64,000 nt of DNA, taken from contig JBAZQX010000002.1 of NCBI GenBank assembly GCA_041644975.1, positions 84,603 to 148,602 of the forward strand, read 5' to 3'. Source of the stretch: Candidatus Doudnabacteria bacterium (GTDB lineage Bacteria > Patescibacteriota > JAQUNI01). This document shows positions 8,947-18,720 of the stretch, in pieces; position 1 is the stretch's first letter; each line of letters opens with the position of its first letter. The notes under the pieces are model-generated. The model did not search any database. It was given only the letters and a program-made list of their open reading frames with translations, and had not been told where the DNA came from. The translations under genes and the position numbers were made by a program.

Positions 8947-8978
8947 GAAATCGCTGCTTTGGCGATTTTTTTATAGAG
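8947..8978 (+). repeat. family-C-like hairpin directly after repeat A copy 3
   Basis: gaaatcgctgctttggcgatttttttatagag. Stem atcgc(t)/(g)gcgat plus T7. Confidence 0.45.
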
Positions 8979-9152
8979 TGAGAATAGATTTATTGAGATT
9001 AATATCGATAGAAATGCCAAAAAGCAAGACCTGATCACGAGATTGTAATGGTGGATTTATTTCCATGACCGTGATATAAAGAGGTTGTCACAGAGACAGT
9101 ATTAAGTCCGTAACATTTAACACTGGGTAGTTTTCCAGGGAGGATTTTCGAA

Positions 9153-9842
9153 ATGAAAGTATGGTTGAGTGTCATAGTTTTAATAATCTTTAGCGTATTA
9201 GTGGCTTATGGCGCGGGCGATGAGAAGATCCCGGGCATAGAGAATGGATTACAGCTTTCCAAGAATCGCTTTGCGCCGCCTGAACAGAGGTATTCTTATG
9301 AAGGCGTATCGCGGGTGCCGAGTAGCTGGAAGATGGTAAATGCCAAAGGTCAGGCGGTTATTGCTACCGAGAAAGCAAGCAAGAAGCCAATCGGGCAAGG
9401 TATTTTGCTCTTTAAAGAGACGGTCTATGTGCAGACCGAGTTTGCGCCGCCCGAAGGGCCATGGTCTTTCCAGACAGCGATAAATTTTTCCTTACATGGC
9501 GGCTATGTCGTTTTTAATAATTTTGAGACATGGAAGGATGAGTTTGTTTATCCAGATACGCTCAATAAAGTTCAGGGTTTGCCTACGCAGGCGACTGCTA
9601 AAAACAAAGCAGGCAAAACCCTTGCTTCGGTCAAAGTGTTGCGCTTTATCGTCGATGCAGGTTCTAATCAATTCGTCGGCGTTGAGGTTGTGGAAACGCA
9701 TTTCGGTCAGAATGGTAAAGTAAGTTTCCGTTGCGTTTCCCAGTTTGAACATCCGTCAGGCTTGAAGCGGTTTGAGAAGGTACTCTCGGGCAAGAAGGAG
9801 AAAGAGTATTTTCCGATTTGGCCGGTAAGCACGATTATGTAA
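9153..9842 (+). CDS. hypothetical secreted protein
   Basis: 229-aa ORF with a signal peptide (MKVWLSVIVLIIFSVLVAYGAG). Noticeably GC-richer than its flanks. Confidence 0.55.
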   Translation: MKVWLSVIVLIIFSVLVAYGAGDEKIPGIENGLQLSKNRFAPPEQRYSYEGVSRVPSSWKMVNAKGQAVIATEKASKKPIGQGILLFKETVYVQTEFAPPEGPWSFQTAINFSLHGGYVVFNNFETWKDEFVYPDTLNKVQGLPTQATAKNKAGKTLASVKVLRFIVDAGSNQFVGVEVVETHFGQNGKVSFRCVSQFEHPSGLKRFEKVLSGKKEKEYFPIWPVSTIM

Positions 9843-10010
9843 ATAATGCCCGTAATACCCATCTGTTGGCGGGTCGCTTTGGCGGGCTAACTAATGCATT
9901 CAGGACCAAAAAGAACTTGGAGGGTATAATTATTAATAAATTATTACTTTGCAGTTGTCCTATCTCTCTCTTAATAATTCTATTTTGGAAGAAAGAGCAA
10001 GGGATAATTA

Positions 10011-10042
10011 GGGTCAAGTTTTGAAACTTGACCCCTTTTTTA
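10011..10042 (+). terminator. rho-independent terminator
   Basis: gggtcaag-ttttgaaa-cttgaccc followed by T6. Confidence 0.7.
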
Positions 10043-10116
10043 TTGACTTTTAGGAAAATTAGTTTAATATGGGGGTTAGTTTAGTTAGTTCATTAAACTT
10101 GGTTCAATAAGAGAAG

Positions 10117-10917
10117 GTGACAAATATGAATCTACGATCTTGGTTTCAGAGAAGATATGTAAATGAGATGGTAAAAGTTTTAATTGAGGATGATAGAAAA
10201 TGCCAAGAACTCATCAGGAGAGTAGAGGCGGATTATGGGGTCAAAATAAAGCTACCGGACTCAAACAGCATACCAAGTTGTTTTCTCGTTGATATGCTGG
10301 AAAGAGCCTTTACAACTGGAAAGATTGTTTTACCTCCGAAGATTACCGTCCTTGATTTCGGGTGCGGCGATTGGTTCTATGCCCCCTTTTTACTGGGTTT
10401 TCTAAAACATTGGCAAGGATTCAGGGAGGTTTGTCTGGAGGGGATTGATTTTCCCAGTCGGAAAAATAAAAGGTCCCTACGCCGATTGCAGAAAGGAGAA
10501 CTTGATTTAAGAGTCCATTGGGGCGACATTATGAATTTGTCCCAAGAGAACAAATACGACATAATTTTTGCAAGCCATATGGTTGCTGGGCCCCATCATT
10601 GTAAAATGTGGGGGGTTCCTTATTACAAGCCCAGTATATTGTTCTCTTATTTACAATCTTTAGGAAAGCCCGACTGCTTGTTCGTTGTAATAGCTTATGA
10701 ATATGCTGGAGAAGACGCGATTTTTCGTTGCTTTAAATCAAAGTTAACAGAGTTTTTCTATCAACCTCTGGTCGAAAAAAAGTTTAGTTCCTTTCTTTAT
10801 AATCGTCGCGGCTTTCATGACAACTCAATTTGCATCAGCAGGTCTCCATTTGTGGACCTAGAAGCATGCACGAGATATGAAGAGGAGATTGAGGAAATGG
10901 ATGCAATACTTTATTAA
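10117..10917 (+). CDS. putative class I SAM-dependent methyltransferase-like protein
   Basis: 266 aa. Motif I-like VLDFGCGDW. An acidic residue ends the following strand (LEGIDF). DIIFASH resembles motif II. Weak, fold-level call only. Confidence 0.5.
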   Translation: MTNMNLRSWFQRRYVNEMVKVLIEDDRKCQELIRRVEADYGVKIKLPDSNSIPSCFLVDMLERAFTTGKIVLPPKITVLDFGCGDWFYAPFLLGFLKHWQGFREVCLEGIDFPSRKNKRSLRRLQKGELDLRVHWGDIMNLSQENKYDIIFASHMVAGPHHCKMWGVPYYKPSILFSYLQSLGKPDCLFVVIAYEYAGEDAIFRCFKSKLTEFFYQPLVEKKFSSFLYNRRGFHDNSICISRSPFVDLEACTRYEEEIEEMDAILY

Positions 10918-10921
10918 ACAA

Positions 10922-10952
10922 AGGACGGCTCTATCGGGAGCGTCCTTTTATA
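10922..10952 (+). terminator. rho-independent terminator after the 10117 gene
   Basis: aggacggctctatcgggagcgtcct followed by ttttat. Starts 5 nt after the stop. Confidence 0.6.
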
Positions 10953-10984
10953 ATTTTAAAGATTACCATTATTTGTTCCGTCTG

Positions 10985-11100
10985 AGATATAGTGAGTAGC
11001 AGTTCATGTCGTTCGCGAGCCCCGTCGCTCTTGAGCGACAGGGCGAGCGACGTGGCGGGGCAAGGTAAAATATGATAAACTAAGCTCGCGGATTTAAATC
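10985..11100 (+). repeat. repeat family B, long form (extra internal hairpin)
   Basis: atatagtgagtagcagttcatgtcgttcgcgag-ccccgtcgctcttgagcgacagggcgag-cgacgtggcggggcaaggtaaaatatgataaactaagctcgcggatttaaatcagg. The internal ccccgtcgctcttgagcgacagggcgag insert is identical to that in the 17.8-kb copy. Confidence 0.8.
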
Positions 11101-11137
11101 AGGAGATATTTTCACTAAAAATATTAAAACAAAAAAT

Positions 11138-13138
11138 ATGAAATGGCGCGTGATTTTATTTATTGTTTTTTTCTGGCTCGTCGCGGGAAAAATAGAGGCC
11201 GCTCAAGTGACCATCAACGCAACCGCGGATACCTATGTGAACTCTTATGCGCCGACCCAAAATTTTGGCAGCGTGGGTACTCTGGAGGTGCGCTCGCGCG
11301 ATATTTCCCGCTCGAGTTTTCTCCAGTTTAATCTTTCCCACTTTATTCCTTTAGATGCGACGGTGACCAGGGCTTACTTGAAATTATATCTTTTTGACAA
11401 TTTTTGTTATACCAATGCCACCGCGCCGATGAATATCAGAATCTATCGGGTATCCGGTCGTTGGTCTGAACAGAGTATTACTTACCAGAGCCAACCCGAT
11501 GCTTCTACCGTGGACGGCGCAAGTCTTACGCTCCCTTTAAATTCTGATGCGGGGTATAAAACTTGGGATGTCACGAACATTGTTAAGGGTTGGATTGATA
11601 ACCAATATCTTAATTATGGTTTGCGCACCTATTATTATTCGGTAAATAATTGTCAGGCCACATTTTATGCCCGTGAGACCGGGGAAGGAATGAAGCCTCA
11701 GTTAGTTGTTGAATATACGCCGCCTCCGGACCGCACCCCGCCGCAGATTAGGGAAGTTTCAGCCGAAGTAACGGCGGCGACAGCGACCATTCGTTGGAAG
11801 ACATACAATGACCCCTCTTCGAGCACGGTTGCTTACCGGCGGCCGGGAGCACAGCTTTGGCCAATCCAGAGCGCCGGGGGTTTAACAGTTGATCACAGTG
11901 TAACTTTAACCAATTTACAACCCCAAACACTATATCAATACACGGTGAAATCCAGAGACGCGGCAGGCAATGAAGCAGTTTCCGCGGTTTTAGAATTTAC
12001 CACGGCAGAGGCTGAAGATCTGACCGCGCCGGATATTTCCAATGTGAATGTTAATCACCTTTCAAGCCGTGCGGTAGAAATTATTTGGAGCTCGCAGGAA
12101 GAGGCGACAGGAGAGGTACGCTATAGTACAGATCGCCAACGCGTATCCATTGCCACCCAGGCGGGGCTCAAGACCAATCATACCGTGCGGTTGGAGCCAT
12201 TGTTACCCGCCACAACTTATTATTTTGTAATTAACTCGGAAGATGCCCGGGGGAACAGGACAGTCCGCGAGGAGGATCAATTTACTACGCAGGCGGACGC
12301 TGCCGCTGGAGAAGAGGATGGAGAGGAACAGGATGAGGAAGAGGATTATAATCCTCTTTCCATTTACAATATTATCTTGGATGTCTTGAGCCCGACTAGT
12401 ATGCGGTTCAAGTGGTGGAGCACAATTGACGGCACCTCTTGGGTGTTTGCTTCGGCAGACGCGGATGACGCGACATCGATTGAAGATTATGAATTTGTCG
12501 CGGGGCGCAATGATGGAGTAGATATGCACGAGGTTGTCTTGAACAATCTTGCGCCCGCCACAACCTACAGCTATCGTGTTCTAACGCGCAGCGCGGATGA
12601 TCAAGCGGATCTTTCAGAACTTAAAACTTTTCGCACTGACGCCCAAGCTGCTCCCGAGGCTGCGGGTGAGCAGCCTGAGGCGCTTCCCCCACTGCCGGCC
12701 GAACCCGATAGCACTCCGCAAGATCAAGTCCCAGAACAAATTACTGATCCGGCGGTGATTGAAGAGATTCGGCACCAGGCTCAAGAGGCAGAGAAAAAAG
12801 AGAGTCTGGAGCCTGCCATAGCAGAGGAGAAAGAGAGTTCGGAACCTGCCGTAAAAGAAAGTGAAAATTTGGAAGATGAGGATCAAAAGCCAGCCGGCTT
12901 GGGCTCAAAGTTTTTACTTATTTTATCGCGCTTCTGGGTTTGGATTATTCTGGGGGGCGTTTTTTTCCTTGCTTTGCTGGGTGTGTTACTGTATTTATTA
13001 TTACGCAAGAAAAAAGGCGGTGAAAATAGGGAGGCAAATCCTATCGCGTCGCAACCAAGCGGGGCAGTACCGAGCCAGACAGTGGCAGAACAAACAGTCA
13101 GCCAGACCCCCCAGCCCCAAAAGCCCAAAAAGAGCTAA
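11138..13138 (+). CDS. type-I membrane-anchored surface protein: DNRLRE-like N-terminal domain + 3 fibronectin type III repeats + acidic linker + C-terminal TM anchor with basic/Pro-rich tail
   Basis: 666 aa. Signal peptide. ADTYVNSYAPTQNFG...YLKLYLFD is a DNRLRE-type motif. Three FN3-like units (e.g. TLYQYTVKSRDAAGNEA). EEDGEEQDEEED acidic linker. C-terminal TM (FLLILSRFWVWIILGGVFFLALLGVLLYLLL) followed by RKKKGG. Confidence 0.8.
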   Translation: MKWRVILFIVFFWLVAGKIEAAQVTINATADTYVNSYAPTQNFGSVGTLEVRSRDISRSSFLQFNLSHFIPLDATVTRAYLKLYLFDNFCYTNATAPMNIRIYRVSGRWSEQSITYQSQPDASTVDGASLTLPLNSDAGYKTWDVTNIVKGWIDNQYLNYGLRTYYYSVNNCQATFYARETGEGMKPQLVVEYTPPPDRTPPQIREVSAEVTAATATIRWKTYNDPSSSTVAYRRPGAQLWPIQSAGGLTVDHSVTLTNLQPQTLYQYTVKSRDAAGNEAVSAVLEFTTAEAEDLTAPDISNVNVNHLSSRAVEIIWSSQEEATGEVRYSTDRQRVSIATQAGLKTNHTVRLEPLLPATTYYFVINSEDARGNRTVREEDQFTTQADAAAGEEDGEEQDEEEDYNPLSIYNIILDVLSPTSMRFKWWSTIDGTSWVFASADADDATSIEDYEFVAGRNDGVDMHEVVLNNLAPATTYSYRVLTRSADDQADLSELKTFRTDAQAAPEAAGEQPEALPPLPAEPDSTPQDQVPEQITDPAVIEEIRHQAQEAEKKESLEPAIAEEKESSEPAVKESENLEDEDQKPAGLGSKFLLILSRFWVWIILGGVFFLALLGVLLYLLLRKKKGGENREANPIASQPSGAVPSQTVAEQTVSQTPQPQKPKKS

Positions 13139-13310
13139 GGATGTATTATTGCCTTTTTCTTAATTAATTTTGCTCTTTTTTTGAGGGCATTCTTCTAAAC
13201 ACAGTTTGAAAAGGAAATTTTAAATATATTTGAAATTCCAAAGATATTTCTGGATTAAGATTTATTGTTAAAGATAAGACAAATATTATTAAGGTAATTA
13301 ATTTGGAAAG

Positions 13311-14279
13311 ATGAAAAAGATTTCAATAATTGGATTGATTGCAGGTATTTTAGTAATTGGAGCTATTGCTTTTTTCTTGTTAAATTCTTCTTCAGAAGAG
13401 GAGAATAATGTGGGCCAAGAATCAGAAATTTTTTGCGCAGATTACGATGGAAATCAGCAAGAATGTTTATCCCATTCAGAATGTAAGTGGAGTTCAGATA
13501 TGAATGAATGTGATTCAACAGATATGGTTGAGGAAGAAGATGGTGGAGGATTTAAACAAGAATTAGAAAATATTGCTGTTCCAAATAATCCCTCAAATAC
13601 TCTTTGTAAAAAAATACCTTTGTCAGGTAAACCTCCTTATAGCGAAAGATATTACTGTTTAGCGGTTGTAAATCATGATGAAAGATTTTGTGAAGGGATT
13701 GATGAAGAAAAGGGGAAAAATATTTGCTTAGCCCATGCGAAAGCAGACCCCTCTTATTGTAAAAAAATCCAAGAAGATTCAGCTAAACATGTTTGTTATT
13801 ATATGCTTGCAGTATCAAGCAAAAATGCTGATTTTTGTAGTGATATTAGTTATAGTCAACATGAAAAAGAACAATGCTATTTTAATTTTATGAGTAATTT
13901 ATATCAGTGGGATAAATCTGATGAGATAAAAACAGAATACTGTAATCAACTTGATACTCCAGATAAAAATACTTGTCTTGCATTAAAGGCGAGAGATATT
14001 TCTCTTTGCGGAGATAATCCTCATTGTTTGACTTTTTTTGAGCAAGATTTGTCTTTTTGTGATGAACATCCTGAAATAGATGGTTGCATAAAAGATAGGG
14101 CAAAGACAAGTAAAAATGTGTCAATTTGTGAATTACTTCCCCAGCCAGATAGAGATAGCTGTGTTGGGGTTTATTGCACCCACACAGAGCTTGATGTTAA
14201 TATTTGTGATACAATTGAGGGCATTAAAGAAAGACAAGACAGGTATATAGAACTTGCAATGAATTTAGGTAATTGGTAA
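13311..14279 (+). CDS. secreted cysteine-repeat protein (paralog A)
   Basis: 322 aa with a signal peptide. About 24 Cys in a periodic C-x10/11-C pattern (YYCLAVVNHDERFC, NICLAHAKADPSYC, HVCYYMLAVSSKNADFC ...). Paralogous to the 15502..16311 protein. Confidence 0.7.
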   Translation: MKKISIIGLIAGILVIGAIAFFLLNSSSEEENNVGQESEIFCADYDGNQQECLSHSECKWSSDMNECDSTDMVEEEDGGGFKQELENIAVPNNPSNTLCKKIPLSGKPPYSERYYCLAVVNHDERFCEGIDEEKGKNICLAHAKADPSYCKKIQEDSAKHVCYYMLAVSSKNADFCSDISYSQHEKEQCYFNFMSNLYQWDKSDEIKTEYCNQLDTPDKNTCLALKARDISLCGDNPHCLTFFEQDLSFCDEHPEIDGCIKDRAKTSKNVSICELLPQPDRDSCVGVYCTHTELDVNICDTIEGIKERQDRYIELAMNLGNW

Positions 14280-14374
14280 AAATTTAATGCTGCAGAATCC
14301 TAAAAATTTGTTTTGCTTTTTTATTAATTCTGATTCAAAATTCAAATACAGTAATTTTTTGATAGAATAAGATC

Positions 14375-15112
14375 ATGAAAAATCCAGAAGAAATAAAAAA
14401 AATTGTTAAAAATAAGTATAAAGAAATAGCCGTCAGTGATTCCGGTTGCGGCTGTGGTTGCGGAGGCGCGCAGGATATTGCTAAAAGCATAGGTTATTCT
14501 GAAGAAGATTTAAAAACGGCAGGAGCAGCGAATCTTGGTCTTGGTTGCGGCAATCCTGTAGCCTTTGGTAAAATAAAAGCGGGGGATATTGTTTTGGATT
14601 TGGGGTCCGGCGCCGGTATAGATTGTTTTTTGGCTGCGAAGAAAGTAGGCAGCACAGGTAAAGTGATCGGTATTGATATGACAAGAGAAATGGTTGAAAA
14701 AGCAAAGGATAATGCCGAGAAACAAGGGATTAAGAATGTAAAATTTATTTTAGGAGAAATAGAGGATTTGCCCCTTAAAGATAATTTGGTAGATATTATC
14801 ATTACCAATTGCGTTGTTAACCTTACTCCCAATAAGACCAAAGCTTTTCAAGAAGCATACAGAGTTTTAAAGCCAGGAGGAAAAATTTATCTTTCAGACA
14901 TTGTTTTATTAAAAGAGCTTTCAGAGGAACAAAAAAACAACAAAGATTTATTATCCGGTTGTGTCGCGGGCGCTTTATTAAAAGAAGATTATCTAAATAA
15001 GATAAAGAATGCAGGATTTAAGGCACGGATTCTACATGAAAATAAAAAAATTGGTAAAGAACAATATCATGGGATCGCCCTTGAAAATTTAATGGTTGAA
15101 TTGGGAAAATAG
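14375..15112 (+). CDS. arsM: arsenite S-adenosylmethionine methyltransferase (ArsM)-like SAM-dependent methyltransferase
   Basis: 245 aa. N-terminal Cys cluster [22 protein letters not shown] motif [30 protein letters not shown] with the conserved Cys. Overall layout matches the ArsM/Cyt19 family. Confidence 0.75.
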   Translation: MKNPEEIKKIVKNKYKEIAVSDSGCGCGCGGAQDIAKSIGYSEEDLKTAGAANLGLGCGNPVAFGKIKAGDIVLDLGSGAGIDCFLAAKKVGSTGKVIGIDMTREMVEKAKDNAEKQGIKNVKFILGEIEDLPLKDNLVDIIITNCVVNLTPNKTKAFQEAYRVLKPGGKIYLSDIVLLKELSEEQKNNKDLLSGCVAGALLKEDYLNKIKNAGFKARILHENKKIGKEQYHGIALENLMVELGK

Positions 15113-15501
15113 ATATCTGCGTTTAAAGAATTAATTTCAGCAATGAATTTTTTCTAAACACCCATCAAACACGTTCTAAACCTTCGGCAAAGTTTACAGT
15201 GAGTTCATCGAACTGCTTGAGGGCAGGCTCGTCCCGAGGCCGTTCAGGCTCGAGGAGACTCAGCTCCTTCGACTGTGGGGTGAACAGCCCGAGGGGCTAT
15301 TGTTCACGATGCGGCGTAACATTAGATGGATTCAAATCTTTTTAGTAAAGGATGTCGTTCGCGAATGACATCCTAAAAGATAATTCACAATTTTTTGACC
15401 TGATCCCATTCTCTCTTTGTTTTTAGCCTTTCTTTCGTTGACTTGGTCTATATTGAATTTTGATTAAATAGTATTATTGATCATTTCATTAAGATAAAAT
15501 T

Positions 15502-16311
15502 ATGGGAAGAAAGTTTTTATTTTTTTGGTTTATTTTAATTGTAATAAGTATTATCGGTTTTTTATTTATTGTAAACAATAAGCCTTCAAATAATAAGCCT
15601 TCTTCTGAAGAAATAAAAATTCTCGATGACAAACCAAATTCGATTTGTCAAAAAATTACTTCGGCAGAGTCCAGATTTTTTTGTTTGGCTTTTGTGAATA
15701 AAGATGAAACTTTTTGCAATCGGATTGATGGTGACGGGAAAAATAGCTGTTTAGCCGCTGTGAAAAATGATTCTAAGTTTTGCCAGGAAATATCAAATAA
15801 AAACAAGCAATTTTGTTATCAAAATTTAGTTAGCGTGACCGGGAAAAGCGATTTTTGCAGTGAAATGACGGAAAAAAGAGACATCAGTTCCTGTTATGTC
15901 CATTTTGTAAGCACTAATTTTCTTGCTTCTAATTTTGACCTTCTAAACCAAAAATTGTGCGAGCAGATTATTGATAACTCACCGGAGAAAACCTTATGTC
16001 TTGCCATGGTAAATCAAAATCCTGATGTTTGCGGTCCGGAGAGAAATGACTGCGCGGCATTTTTTAGTAAAGACGAGTCTACCTGCATAAAATCTGCCTC
16101 GGAGATAGATAAGGCAGAATGTTATCATGCTTTGGCGATGTTAACTAATAATAGTTCTATTTGTGAAAAAATTAGCGATTCCAATCAAAAAGACGATTGT
16201 TATAGGGATTATGGCAGAATCAGTGAAGATACTATAATATGCGATAGGATATCCAATGTTATGTTAAAGGGAGAATGTTATAAGAATGTTGCGATTCATC
16301 TTGTAAATTAA
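15502..16311 (+). CDS. secreted cysteine-repeat protein (paralog B)
   Basis: 269 aa. Signal peptide. Same periodic Cys repeat (RFFCLAFVNKDETFC, NSCLAAVKNDSKFC, QFCYQNLVSVTGKSDFC ...). Confidence 0.7.
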   Translation: MGRKFLFFWFILIVISIIGFLFIVNNKPSNNKPSSEEIKILDDKPNSICQKITSAESRFFCLAFVNKDETFCNRIDGDGKNSCLAAVKNDSKFCQEISNKNKQFCYQNLVSVTGKSDFCSEMTEKRDISSCYVHFVSTNFLASNFDLLNQKLCEQIIDNSPEKTLCLAMVNQNPDVCGPERNDCAAFFSKDESTCIKSASEIDKAECYHALAMLTNNSSICEKISDSNQKDDCYRDYGRISEDTIICDRISNVMLKGECYKNVAIHLVN

Positions 16312-16367
16312 AACTTGACCTTTTTTATTTCTATGCACTTTGCAGACAGATTCCACCAAAGGGAGCT

Positions 16368-16410
16368 AAAAAAATCGCCAAAAGGGCGATTTTTTGGTAA
16401 AATAAAAAAG
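16368..16410 (+). promoter_or_regulatory. family-C module: atcgcc-aaaa-gggcgat hairpin + T6 + extended -10-like TGgTAAAAT, about 30 nt upstream of the ATG
   Basis: aaaaaaatcgccaaaagggcgattttttggtaaaataaaaaag. Near-identical 80-bp block, including the first codons ATGCATTTRAAAAAT, at 21470-21555. Confidence 0.5.
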
Positions 16411-16435
16411 AGTTCATTAAAATAAAAACAAATCT

Positions 16436-16918
16436 ATGCATTTAAAAATAAGATACATTTTTATCCCTTTTCTGGTGATTATTATTGTAGGAATTGGCGT
16501 ATATATTTTGCTTTCAAAGACAAAAAAGGAGTCCTCTAAAACCCTAGAGATAACTAAAATTACTTGGGTATTGGAAAAAGCGGGCGAAGATAGCGAGACG
16601 GGAGCGCCGCTTACAAAAGTAAAAGCAGATTTCAAAGGCGGAATCAATAAAGGATATGACGCGGGGGTTTACGCTGGAAACTGTTTTGAGATTGCCAAAT
16701 CCGAATGGGAACTTTTAGAAAATGAAATTTCGGGAGTGATTTGCTGGTGGGCAGGCGGGGGAGATGAGATTGGCATTTTTAAGGAAGATGATAAACTGGT
16801 TATCGAACACGGGACGCTTAGCGCGGGTGGTCCTGCTACAGAAGATGAGCCGGCCATACCGAATTTCAGAGGCGACTTTGAAAAGCTTTTTGAAATGAAA
16901 GGAAGACCTGTTTTTTAA
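16436..16918 (+). CDS. hypothetical secreted/membrane-anchored protein
   Basis: 160 aa, starting MHLK. Its 5' region and first codons are shared with the gene at 21541 (repeat family C). N-terminal TM. Confidence 0.5.
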   Translation: MHLKIRYIFIPFLVIIIVGIGVYILLSKTKKESSKTLEITKITWVLEKAGEDSETGAPLTKVKADFKGGINKGYDAGVYAGNCFEIAKSEWELLENEISGVICWWAGGGDEIGIFKEDDKLVIEHGTLSAGGPATEDEPAIPNFRGDFEKLFEMKGRPVF

Positions 16919-16943
16919 CCCCAATAAAAAGAAGTATTATTTT

Positions 16944-17687
16944 ATGAAGAGAATCCATCTTTTATTTTTTTTATTTATTGTAATTGCCGTAATTATTTTA
17001 CTGATTTATATTTTTTCTGAAAAACCAAAATCATCCTTGCCCCAAAACAATCTCCCCACGGCTCCAACCAGCGAGCCAGGGCAGAAAAGTAATTCGCCAT
17101 CGGTTTCGGGTACAGAGCCAGGGTTGCAGCAAACTCAACCCAACAATGCAAATGTCGGAGATACTGACAAAGGAAGTGCAGGTATTTTTCAACCTCCTTT
17201 AGAGAGAGCGATGGAAAGGGTACTTAAGAAAAAATTTGGTATGTATATTACCCCTCAAAATTCGCCAGTGCAGCCAGAAAGATTTCAAGGATATCACACG
17301 GGAGTTGACTTTGAAATTTTCCCCGAGGAGTTAAACGCGGAGGTCCAAGTCCATGCGGTTTGTTCGGGAGAACTAAAATTAAAAAAACACGCGTCTGGTT
17401 ATGGAGGAGTCGCGGTTCAGGCTTGCGAATTAAATAAAGACCCGATAACTGTGATCTACGGACACTTGAAATTGTCTAATATCACTGCTGATGTTGGAAC
17501 AAATATCAATGTTGGCGAAGTAATTGGGATTCTAGGAGCCGATAAAAGCGTGGAGACAGACGGTGAACGCAAGCATTTACATTTAGGTTTTCATAAAGGA
17601 ACAGCGATAGATATTCGAGGTTATGTGAGTTCAGAAGCAGAACTCGCTAACTGGATTGATCCTTGTCTTTATGCTTGTCATGATTAG
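16944..17687 (+). CDS. M23 family metallopeptidase (LytM-like)
   Basis: 247 aa. N-terminal anchor. HTGVDF (HxxxD) and HLHLGFH (HxH) M23 active-site motifs. Gly-rich beta region. Confidence 0.75.
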   Translation: MKRIHLLFFLFIVIAVIILLIYIFSEKPKSSLPQNNLPTAPTSEPGQKSNSPSVSGTEPGLQQTQPNNANVGDTDKGSAGIFQPPLERAMERVLKKKFGMYITPQNSPVQPERFQGYHTGVDFEIFPEELNAEVQVHAVCSGELKLKKHASGYGGVAVQACELNKDPITVIYGHLKLSNITADVGTNINVGEVIGILGADKSVETDGERKHLHLGFHKGTAIDIRGYVSSEAELANWIDPCLYACHD

Positions 17688-17739
17688 AGTAATAAATTTT
17701 GAAAAATGCTCGCGGTTATAATATAAAAAAGAGAAATTT

Positions 17740-17772
17740 GGGGTCAGGTCTTGAAATTTGCCCCTTTTTAAT
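17740..17772 (+). terminator. conserved terminator hairpin (ggggtca..tgacccc type) preceding family B
   Basis: ggggtcaggtcttgaaatttgcccc + T5. Same sequence at 18688 and 21427 and similar at 7889 and 10011, so the terminator itself is a repeated module. Confidence 0.65.
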
Positions 17773-17774
17773 TT

Positions 17775-17900
17775 CTACAATATATAGCGCGAGTAGCGGG
17801 CCACGTCGCTCGCGAGCCCCGTCGCTCTTGAGCGACAGGGCGAGCGACGTGGCAGGATGGGGTAAAATCTGATAAACTAAGATTGCGGACTTAAATTTAG
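17775..17900 (+). repeat. repeat family B, long form
   Basis: atatatagcgcgagtagcgggccacgtcgctcgcgag-ccccgtcgctcttgagcgacagggcgag-cgacgtggcaggatggggtaaaatctgataaactaagattgcggacttaaatttagg. Preceded by the ggggtcaggtcttgaaatttgcccc T5 hairpin. Confidence 0.85.
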
Positions 17901-17959
17901 GATGTAAACATATTCATTAAACAGGGCATCCCTCTTTTTACAAGAAAACCCAAAAATTT

Positions 17960-18625
17960 ATGATTTTTTTAATTGTCGGACTTTTAGCTTATCTTATTTT
18001 TCTTCCGCTTTGCTTTGCTATTTTATTTTTGGTTGCTAGAAAACAATATAAAAATTATTCGGTTTTCACTTTTTGGCTAAGCAATCTTGGCGCGAAAAAA
18101 TCGCGCAGCCGCCTTATCTTCAATGTTTGTTCCTTTGTTTCTGGTTTATTGAATTTATTGTTTAGCTGGATATTATTTAAAATTTTGCCCCAAACATTAT
18201 TGACTCTGGCAATGTTAATATTTTTTTCGCTGTCCGCCCTGCTTACTGTTCTTATTCCTTTTTTCCCGATGGACAAGAAAAGAAAAGCCCACGAAATAAT
18301 CGCTAACATTTTATTTTTTTGTATTTTAGCAGCTTGTTTGTTATTTACTTATTTTAATTTGATTTCACAAATGTTTCCCGCATTTTTAACTATTTTGAGT
18401 TTGGCTGCGGTTGTTTTTTCTCTTTTAGTAGTCTATTCTTACTTGAAATTAAAAGGAAAATATGGAGGCCGGGCAATGGGGGATTTGGTTTTTGAAAGGA
18501 AAAAAGAAAAGTCCTGTATTTTAAAGAATGCCACGCTATGGGAGTGGCTTGCCTTTTCTTCGGTGATTGTTTGGCTTTTTGCCTGGACCATTTGTCTTTT
18601 GAGCTTTTTGCTTCACGGACGTTAG
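17960..18625 (+). CDS. hypothetical polytopic membrane protein
   Basis: 221 aa with about 6 TM helices. No motif recognised. Confidence 0.5.
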   Translation: MIFLIVGLLAYLIFLPLCFAILFLVARKQYKNYSVFTFWLSNLGAKKSRSRLIFNVCSFVSGLLNLLFSWILFKILPQTLLTLAMLIFFSLSALLTVLIPFFPMDKKRKAHEIIANILFFCILAACLLFTYFNLISQMFPAFLTILSLAAVVFSLLVVYSYLKLKGKYGGRAMGDLVFERKKEKSCILKNATLWEWLAFSSVIVWLFAWTICLLSFLLHGR

Positions 18626-18687
18626 TCGGAGGATATTGACAAAAAAGGGCGAAAAAGGGAACGCATAAAATCAGCGCGAAGGGCATA

Positions 18688-18720
18688 GGGGTCAGGTCTT
18701 GAAATTTGACCTCTTTTTAT
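18688..18720 (+). terminator. conserved terminator hairpin after the 17960 gene
   Basis: ggggtcaggtcttgaaatttgacctc + T5. Confidence 0.65.
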
